From Octopus sinensis (lineage: Eukaryota), in the NCBI RefSeq assembly GCF_006345805.1, contig NW_021830015.1:1-5550 (forward strand): 5,550 nucleotides of DNA. Reading direction: 5' to 3'. Shown here one piece after another: positions 1-5,550 of this stretch. The notes under the pieces were generated by a model, which was not told where the DNA came from, did no database searches, and worked only from the letters and a program-made list of their open reading frames with translations. A program made the translations under genes and the position numbers. Position 1 is the first letter of the stretch. Every line of letters starts with the position of its first letter.

Positions 1-46
1 TGTGCATATATATGTATGTGTGCGTGTGCGAGCGTGCGTGTGTGTG
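1..46. repeat. Compound (TA)/(TG)/(CG) microsatellite, truncated by window edge
   Basis: Directly visible dinucleotide runs: tgtgcatatatatgtatgtgtgcgtgtgcgagcgtgcgtgtgtgtg. Confidence 0.85.
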
Positions 47-728
47 TCTTACAACTCCAAATATCAAGAACTACAATTATTTTTAGAAAATCAATTGCGG
101 AAACTATGAAATATAACTACTACAACATATATAGAAAGATTAAATAGAGCGACAGAAGTATTATTAATACTAAAAGTTAAGACATTCACCACGTTAAAGT
201 GGATGTTGCAATATTTACTCAGAGAGAAAACTCTCATATGGTCATTTGGTGCTTAAAAGCACATCATAGCTATTGCCAGCAACAGACTCTCACCGCTACT
301 TCCGCTGACCTAACTACCAGATCACGTGATTTCGGCTTATTTTGACCTTGTACTCGTTCACCTTTCTGAGCATATTTGTTCATATGACTATCTATGGCGT
401 TACTGAAAACTTTTTTTTATGAAGTAAAATAGTTGAAATATCGACGCGGTTATCATCAAATCCTAGTTTTTTTTTAATGCTCGACTATAAATACTCCTGT
501 TTGTATTATTCGCTTACACAATTAGTGCAGAAATGAGCAGAAATGGTTCTGCGATGATTGGAAGTATAAATAAAACTTACAAGAAGAAGGAAGTTGAAAA
601 CATAGTAAGAACCTCGTTCACTGATAAAATAATTTGTTTGTTTCTGACTAAGTGCAAAAGAGAAAATGTGGTGTCGCTGGATATACTCAGGTCCTCCAAA
701 TATTATAAGAACGAAGGCTGGAATTTAC

Positions 729-786
729 CTTGAGATAGAAACCCACATTTGCTGTTGGTTGCGTTTGCCACCAGGTTCGTCTTCTA
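729..786 (-). other. Possible 58-nt internal exon of an unidentified host gene
   Basis: Minus strand reads ttatcttcgtttcAG | TAGAAGACG...ATCTCAAG | GTaaat: pyrimidine-rich acceptor, AAG/GTAAAT donor, GC-richer than its flanks, two open frames (EDEPGGKRNQQQMWVSIS or RRRTWWQTQPTANVGFYLK). No homology recognised. Confidence 0.25.
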
Positions 787-867
787 CTGAAACGAAGATA
801 ATTTCAATCAATCAAAAGTTATTTTTGATTTTATATACTTTTTATGTGTTTATTTCGAAGCTGGTAA

Positions 868-1011
868 TATATATGTATATATGTATGCATATAGGTAGGT
901 GCATATATATACATATATATATATAGATATATATATATATATGGTGTGTTGTGTGTGGTGGGTTGTGTGTGTGTGTGTGTTGTGTGTGTGTGTGTGTGTG
1001 TGTGTGTGGTA

Positions 1012-1043
<32 letters not shown>

Positions 1044-1079
1044 CGCGCGTGTGTGTGTGTGTGTATATACACACATACA
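868..1079. repeat. Compound microsatellite (TA)n-(TG)n-(CG)n-(CA)n
   Basis: Visible TA run to about 942, TG run 943-1063 with CG interruptions, short CA tail. It is the source of the HT/YI/VC ORFs. Confidence 0.95.
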
Positions 1080-1917
1080 CAGACATAACAGAAGTAAATA
1101 GACTTCCCCATAAAACATCGTTTTATGTTTATTCTAGTTCTAGCTTTATATTTTTCATTAATAGACATTTTTATGTTTCAAGTCCTATATGTGGCTATTT
1201 AATTATGCCACATACAAAAGAAGCCTTGGAACTGTCAGAATTTCAGAGGCCGCATTGTGGGGCATTCTGAAGGTGGACGTAGCGTAAAATCGCATAAAAA
1301 TAATCTTGGGATCCCGCTTTCTACAGTTAATAGAGTGATTGTGCAATTCTCTAGGGAGGAGAAGGAGTCCACATCGTCTCGCCCAGATCAACCAGGGCTC
1401 TCTGACAGGACCTTTCTCTTTGTTAAGAGAAGTGTGGAAGATAATCCTCGTTGCAAGGCTTCTAACATAGAAGAACAAGTTGATGTCAGTCCCAGAGCAG
1501 CTGTCAGGTATCTCCACAAACTTGGCTTCTATGGCAGAGCAGCTAACATCAAGCGGAGAAAAGATTGGCCAGTGAGATGGTGGAGAGACATTTGAGGACA
1601 CCGATGAGTTCAGACTTGCTGTATTTCTTGACAGTGGTTGAGTGTGGGTCTGTAGACTCTGTGATCAAGAATTTGATGTGAAGAGATTGCAGCCAACAAT
1701 GAAACACGACAGCTATTCTGTGATTGTCTGAGGAGTAACTTGGAGCCATGGTTGATGAGGGGTGATGGAGTGTGAGGGAAACAGAAACTCAGATAAATAT
1801 GTGTCCATATTGCAGAAACGACTCCTTCCTCTGCTAGCCAGTGGTGAAATGATTAAAGAAGACGCTTTATTTATGGTAGATGAGGCTCGTTGTCACACGG
1901 CTAAAATGACCCAAGAT
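1080..1917 (+). mobile_element. Decayed, 3'-truncated Tc1-family (IS630-Tc1-mariner) DNA transposon
   Basis: Transposase relic at 1205-1917. The putative left end CAGACATAACAGAAGTAAATAGAC starts where the microsatellite stops (Tc1 TIRs typically begin CAG after TA). No matching right TIR seen, so the left boundary is an inference. Confidence 0.8.
1205..1917 (+). pseudogene. Tc1-like transposase pseudogene (HTH region plus first two catalytic Asp motifs; Glu motif missing)
   Basis: Joined across frameshifts: [15 protein letters not shown] / RIVGHSEGG...[15 protein letters not shown] (paired-like HTH)...[22 protein letters not shown] / TDEFRL (D at 1603, cf. FSDESRF)...PTMKHDSYSVIV*G (cf. PTVKHGGGSVMVWG)...NSDKYVSIL...FMVDEARCHTAK (D at 1879, cf. 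FQQDNAPCHTAK). Four in-frame TGA stops in the catalytic region; no SPDLNPIE motif. Confidence 0.93.
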
Positions 1918-1924
1918 TTGTGTA

Positions 1925-2061
1925 TTAAGGCTACCATTGGTTTCATGTTAAGGAATAAATTCCACAATTATCAAGCCTATCACAAATCGAGAACACCGAT
2001 GTTTCCATGTGACAGGCTTGTGTTGAGGTGGTCCTTAACACAAAACCAATGGTAGCCTTAA
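1925..2061. mobile_element. Foldback / MITE-like element with nested inverted repeats
   Basis: Outer arms 1925-1954 and 2032-2061 are 28/30 complementary; inner arms 1972-1984 and 2008-2020 are 12/13. Ends read TTAA-GGCT...AGCC-TTAA. The inverted repeat is seen directly; MITE identity is inferred. Confidence 0.6.
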
Positions 2062-2071
2062 CACAAATAAA

Positions 2072-2133
2072 GTGTGTGTGTGTGTGTATGTGTGTGTGTG
2101 TATGTGTGTGTGCGTGTGTATGTATGTATGTAT

Positions 2134-2171
<38 letters not shown>

Positions 2172-2258
2172 TAATAAATAAAATATATGCATACATACAA
2201 ACATATATGTACGTACCTACATCTACATGTATATATACATGCAATATATAAATATATA
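2072..2258. repeat. Compound (TG)n-(TATG)n-(TA)n-(TACA)n microsatellite
   Basis: Directly visible runs. Confidence 0.95.
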
Positions 2259-2281
2259 CGTGAGTACAGGACACCACAACT

Positions 2282-2407
2282 AGACGTAGAACTCAACGAA
2301 AAACGAAAACGGAAAAAAAACCATTTTTTTACAACAGAAAAACAGAGACGTAGACTCAACGAGAAACGAAAACGGAAAAACCATTTTTTTACAACAGAAA
2401 AAAACAG
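2282..2407 (+). repeat. Tandem duplication of a 62-64 bp unit
   Basis: agacgtagaactcaacgaaaaacgaaaacggaaaaaaaaccatttttttacaacagaaaaacag (2282-2345) is repeated at 2346-2407, differing by one substitution and A-run length changes. Confidence 0.92.
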
Positions 2408-2435
2408 AGTACAGGAATACTACACAAGGAAAAAT

Positions 2436-2510
2436 CCCCTTCATCAGCTGTCACTAGTTCGATTCAAGCGTGTTTCGAAGGCAAGACAGAACACGACTCG
2501 CCAAACTAGT
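2436..2510 (-). ncRNA. Candidate hammerhead ribozyme with non-canonical strand order
   Basis: Minus-strand RNA: ACUAGUUUGGCGAGU-CGUG-UU^CUGUC-UUG-CCUUC-GAAA-CACG-CUUGAAUCGAACUAGU-GACAG-CUGAUGA-A-GGGG. Core CUGAUGA (2447-2441), GAAA (2476-2473), GUU triplet (2492-2490). Stem I CUGUC/GACAG, stem III CGUG/CACG, weak stem II GGGG/CUUC. Confidence 0.55.
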
Positions 2511-2826
2511 CCTTCCTGCGAGAGAATTAAAATAAAATTACCTCGCATAGGGGTAAAAACAAGCAAGAAAAAAATGTAACACAAACAGGACGTAAAAACG
2601 ATACAAATAAAACTACAAAATAAAATACAAGATAAAAATACAAGTACAAGAAAATACAATACGAGAAATAAAAATAAACAAGGAAAACAAACGAAAAGGC
2701 CATTTTCTGGCTTAGACGGAGGAGGTTCTGGCAGCGCATGGGAACACAAATGTGTGTCTTTACAGTTTGAAGGCCGCGTTTAAAAGGAAGTAGTTTTGGC
2801 TAGCAGTGACAAAGATGAGGAGGAAT

Positions 2827-2896
2827 GAGAGAGAGAGAGAGAGGAAGACAAGCGGCTGAGAGAGAGAGATGAGGAAGAGTGAGAGAGAGAGAGAGA
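2827..2896. repeat. Interrupted (GA)n microsatellite
   Basis: Three GA runs separated by short purine-rich spacers. Confidence 0.92.
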
Positions 2897-2994
2897 AGGG
2901 AAAGTAAAGCAAAGAGATAAGGAATTTCGCGTCATAATTATATATAAAACAGTACTGGGAGAATAAGAACGTAACGAAGCGAACGAATCGAATC

Positions 2995-3020
2995 TAGATA
3001 GATAGATAAATAGATAGATA
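2995..3020. repeat. (GATA)n tetranucleotide microsatellite
   Basis: tagatagatagataaatagatagata. Confidence 0.9.
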
Positions 3021-3048
3021 CAATATTATAGAATACAATTATAATTAT

Positions 3049-3110
3049 AATTAAGGCACAGACGCTACTATGCCTATACACTAGGCATGGTACCGTCTGT
3101 GCCCTTAATT
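3049..3110. repeat. 62-bp near-perfect hairpin (mini-foldback)
   Basis: aattaaggcacagacgctactatgccta-tacac-taggcatggtaccgtctgtgcccttaatt: 26 Watson-Crick pairs, 1 G-U pair, 1 mismatch, 1 bulge, 5-nt loop. Confidence 0.9.
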
Positions 3111-3313
3111 TATTATTAGAAAGAGATGCCAAATACGTCCAACCACTATAAATTTTACTTCAATATATACAAATTAAAAGCGGGAAAAGTGGACCGACAT
3201 AAAATTCGTAAAATAATTCAGATGGTTCTAGATTGATCAATTTCTGGATAAGTTTAATAATTCTTCCTTCGCCACTAGAACATATTAGGCGAAATAAATG
3301 AAAACATTTATCC

Positions 3314-3466
3314 ATGGTTGTGTGGTGGTAGCTTTCTTCCCAACCACATAGTTCCAAGTTCAGTACCACTGCATGGCACCTTAGGCAAGTGTCTTCTGCT
3401 ATAGCCTCGGGCCTACCAAAGCCTTGTGAGTGGATTTGGTAGATGGAAAATGAAAGAAGCCCGTAG
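3314..3466 (+). mobile_element. tRNA-derived CORE-type SINE, copy 1 (5' part only)
   Basis: Degenerate Pol III A box (tggttgtgtgg) and B box (agttcagtacc), CORE-like gcaccttaggcaagt. Aligns with copies 2 and 3. Resembles octopus OR-type SINEs (recalled, not searched). Confidence 0.88.
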
Positions 3467-3498
3467 TATATATATAATATATATATAATATATATTAT

Positions 3499-3562
<64 letters not shown>
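3467..3562. repeat. Imperfect (TA)n microsatellite
   Basis: 96 nt composed of A/T only. Confidence 0.97.
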
Positions 3563-3565
<3 letters not shown>

Positions 3566-3707
3566 TGGCATATGGTAAGTAGCTTGCTTACCAACACATG
3601 GTTCCGGGTTCAGTCCCACTGCGTGGAATCTTGGGAAAGTGTCTTCTACTATAGCCTCTGGCCGACCAAAGCCTTGTGTGTGGACGGAAATTGAAAGAAG
3701 CCTGTCG
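3563..3707 (+). mobile_element. tRNA-derived CORE-type SINE, copy 2 (5' part only)
   Basis: A box-like tggcatatgg, B box ggttcagtccc (3607-3617). Colinear with copy 1 but lacks 9 nt (tttggtaga). Confidence 0.88.
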
Positions 3708-3733
3708 TATATATGTATTATGTATATATGTAT

Positions 3734-3769
3734 ATCTACTCACAAGGCTTTGGTCACCCCAAGGCTATA
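3734..3769 (-). repeat. Exact 36-bp inverted copy of 3923-3958 (SINE copy 3 internal segment)
   Basis: atctactcacaaggctttggtcaccccaaggctata is the 36/36 reverse complement of tatagccttggggtgaccaaagccttgtgagtagat. Confidence 0.97.
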
Positions 3770-3837
3770 TATATATATATATATGATATGTGGTATGTTT
3801 GGTCTTCTGTCTGTCTCTGTATGTAAGTATGTATATG

Positions 3838-4201
3838 ATGGCTGTGTGGTAAGAAGCTTGCTTCGCAACTACATGGATCCGAGTACAGTCCCACTGCGTG
3901 GCACATTGAGCATGTCTTGTACTATAGCCTTGGGGTGACCAAAGCCTTGTGAGTAGATGAGATGGATGGAAACTGGAAGAAATCATCGCATGGATTTATA
4001 TCTATGTGTGTCTTTGTGTCTGTGTTTGTTCTCCTCCACCGCTTGACAACCAGTGTTGGTGCATTTATATCCCTGTGACCTAGCGGCTCGGCCCAAGACT
4101 TGGATACATTAAGTACTGGTTTTAAGAAAATAGGTACTGAGGTTAATTCATTCGACTGAAAATCCTTCAAGGTCTGATGACTGACGTAAGTAAAAGATAA
4201 A
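3838..4201 (+). mobile_element. tRNA-derived CORE-type SINE, copy 3 (near full length)
   Basis: A box tggctgtgtgg, degenerate B box (gagtacagtccc), shared body to about 3990, short TG-rich linker, then a 3' domain (about 4025-4190) ending in the A-rich tail gtaaaagataaa. Confidence 0.85.
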
Positions 4202-4214
4202 TTATAAAGTTATT

Positions 4215-4412
4215 GTATATATTTTATATATATATATATTTAAATGTATATGTGTATGTACATATGCATACATATATACGTATATGTATGTGTAGGTGCA
4301 CACAGTATACACTGGCACGTGCATACACACAGATGCACCCTTCCCCATATATATACAGATATATATGTATACATAGTGTTTATGTGCATACATATATGAA
4401 TATACATATACA
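4215..4412. repeat. Degenerate (TA)/(TG)/(CA) compound microsatellite
   Basis: Alternating purine-pyrimidine low-complexity sequence. Confidence 0.9.
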
Positions 4413-4479
4413 TAACAGAGATCGGCGAGGGATCAATAAGCAAGTGTATTTATTTGACGCTCAGAAAAAAATAGAAAAG

Positions 4480-4517
4480 TCCTTGACATTTCGAGTCTAC
4501 GCTCTTCGACACAAAGA
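4480..4517 (-). ncRNA. Degenerate minimal type I hammerhead ribozyme (PLE-type), probably inactive
   Basis: Minus RNA: UCUUU-GUGUCGA-A-GAGC-GUAG-ACUC-GAAA-UG-UC^AAGGA. Stem I UCUUU/AAGGA, stem II GAG/CUC, GAAA and GUC present. Core GUGUCGA departs from CUGANGA at two conserved positions. Confidence 0.5.
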
Positions 4518-4673
4518 AATGCAGAGAGAAAGCAAAAAAATGTGGAGAGAGGAAAAAAGTGTCAGAATTAATGGCTTCACATGTTGAGATGACCGGAATA
4601 AAGAGGCCGCTCGAGGGGAAAATAACAGTGATCGGCTGGACTTGGGTGCGCAAACGCACGTTTTTATATGAAA

Positions 4674-5440
4674 TGTGTGTGAGCGAACTTAAGCTTATGT
4701 AAGCCTGTGTGTTTGTATGGGAGCGTGTGTGTGTGCAAGTGTATTATTAAACACGTACATGCACTGTGAGGAGCGATGGGTTCCATGTATTTATGTGTGT
4801 ATGTGCGGACGTGTGTATCTATGAGGGAGTATGAGAGGATGTGTATGGTATGCGTGTATGGCGGGGGCTATCAGATGTGTGTGCACGCCTGCAAAAGCAT
4901 GAGCGTAGCAGCTAATGTGTGCGTGTGCGAGTAACGTGTGTATGTGTGTGTATTTGAGCATGAAATGTTTGTTTGTGTCTCAGGTATATGTGTGACACTA
5001 TAATGTACGTGTGTATTGTGTGTGTTTTTATGCGTGAATATTCTCTCTGTGTGCATATGCGTGTGTGTGTATGTGAACGAGTGTAGTCACTGTTATCAGT
5101 TGGAGTTTGTGTATGGAGCAGTTGGATCAAGTATGTGTGTATATGGAGTTGATATGCGTGATGTTCTGTGTCTGTGCATGTGTATGAGTAGTAAGGTGCT
5201 TTTATGTATGTGTTAGGTCATCCAGCATATATGTGTGTGTTGTACGGGAATGCATGGAGGAGCGAGGTGGGATAGGGGTGACGAGTGTTAGGAGTTTAAA
5301 GGTGTTGGGTGCTAATGTGTGTGGAGTAGGAAGGAGTGTGTGTGCATGTGCATGTGAGTGTATGTGGTGTGCGCATAATGGTGTGTGGTATGAATTAGGT
5401 GGTGTACAGGTAGAGAGGGAGAAGGTGAGAGGTGTGTGTG
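4674..5440. repeat. Long degenerate (TG)/G-rich low-complexity tract
   Basis: About 770 nt of eroded TG repeats with a G/T skew on the plus strand. Confidence 0.8.
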
Positions 5441-5459
5441 AACGTTTAAAGGGTTGATT

Positions 5460-5549
5460 TTAGATGAAGAGAGGCGACGAAGTAAGACTATTAGGAGCAG
5501 AGGAATGAAGACAGAATATCAACTATTCTTCTCGGCAGAGCCGGGAGTC
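5460..5549 (-). pseudogene. C-terminal remnant of a Penelope-like RT/GIY-YIG endonuclease ORF
   Basis: Minus frame reads DSRLCREE*LIFCLHSSAPNSLTSSPLFI*, resembling the PLE terminal motif R..RE..(W/L)I..L....P.GLN. One internal stop; only 30 codons visible; absent from the ORF track. Confidence 0.6.
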
Positions 5550-5550
5550 C

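Larger units (their letters stand above)
2259..2826 (-). mobile_element. Putative non-autonomous ribozyme-bearing retroelement fragment (Penelope pLTR- or retrozyme-like)
   Basis: Non-coding, strongly A-skewed block between a (TA)n and a (GA)n tract, carrying hammerhead core motifs on the minus strand. Its layout parallels the 4413-5550 element. Boundaries are approximate and the family is inferred. Confidence 0.4.
4413..5550 (-). mobile_element. 3' portion of a decayed Penelope-like retroelement (continues beyond the window)
   Basis: On the minus strand, in order: GIY-YIG-like C-terminus (5549-5460), long CA-rich untranslated tract, decayed minimal hammerhead (4517-4480), end at a (TA)-type microsatellite. 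This order matches known PLE architecture. That these parts form one element is inferred. Confidence 0.6.

Noticed and set aside
182-330. Cluster of short hairpins (gagag-aaaa-ctctc, gtgctt-aa-aagcac) and the palindrome atcacgtgat (E-box)
   Set aside because: Stems of 5-6 bp and a single E-box are expected by chance; no supporting context.
530-620. YYVFNFLLL resemblance to the pre-M1/M1 region of Cys-loop receptors
   Set aside because: The match is too short, lacks the conserved M1 proline and has no following M2-like segment.
831-1270. ORFs rich in HT, YI and VC dipeptides (also 1943-2359, 3160-3619, 4202-4587, 4871-5457)
   Set aside because: They are translations of dinucleotide microsatellites that lack stop codons. 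Only the last codons of 899..1270 belong to the transposase relic.
1762-2055. 97-aa ORF as a functional transposase or fusion protein
   Set aside because: It is an internal fragment preceded by in-frame stops, lacks the catalytic Glu motif and reads through into the foldback element.
2187-2749. Lys/Arg-rich 130-aa ORF with NLS-like repeats, and antisense hydrophobic ORFs
   Set aside because: Explained by A-skew and the tandem duplication; the ORF starts in a microsatellite and has no recognisable domain.
3314-3990. Three similar repeats with spacers, as a CRISPR array or tRNA gene cluster
   Set aside because: Units are about 150 bp, diverged and separated by microsatellites, with no cloverleaf and no cas genes. 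They are SINEs in eukaryotic DNA.
4174-4190. CTGATGA in the SINE 3' tail as a possible hammerhead core
   Set aside because: No GAAA or flanking helices in register. It is more simply part of a small gtc-tgat-gac tail hairpin.

Overview
AT-rich, microsatellite-dense eukaryotic non-coding DNA, most likely from an octopus or other coleoid cephalopod (inferred from the tRNA/CORE-type SINE family, recognised from memory). No intact gene is supported, and almost all listed ORFs are artefacts of (TA)n/(TG)n repeats. The window is a mosaic of mobile-element relics: a decayed, 3'-truncated Tc1 transposase (1205-1917); two TTAA-GG...CC-TTAA foldback elements (1925-2061, 3049-3110); three SINE copies (3314-4201) plus an exact 36-bp inverted copy of part of the third; and the 3' end of a minus-strand Penelope-like element with a decayed minimal hammerhead (4413-5550). 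The most unusual signal is on the minus strand at 2436-2510. All hammerhead ribozyme core nucleotides and three junction helices are present there, but the strands are joined in an order that matches none of the canonical types I, II or III.
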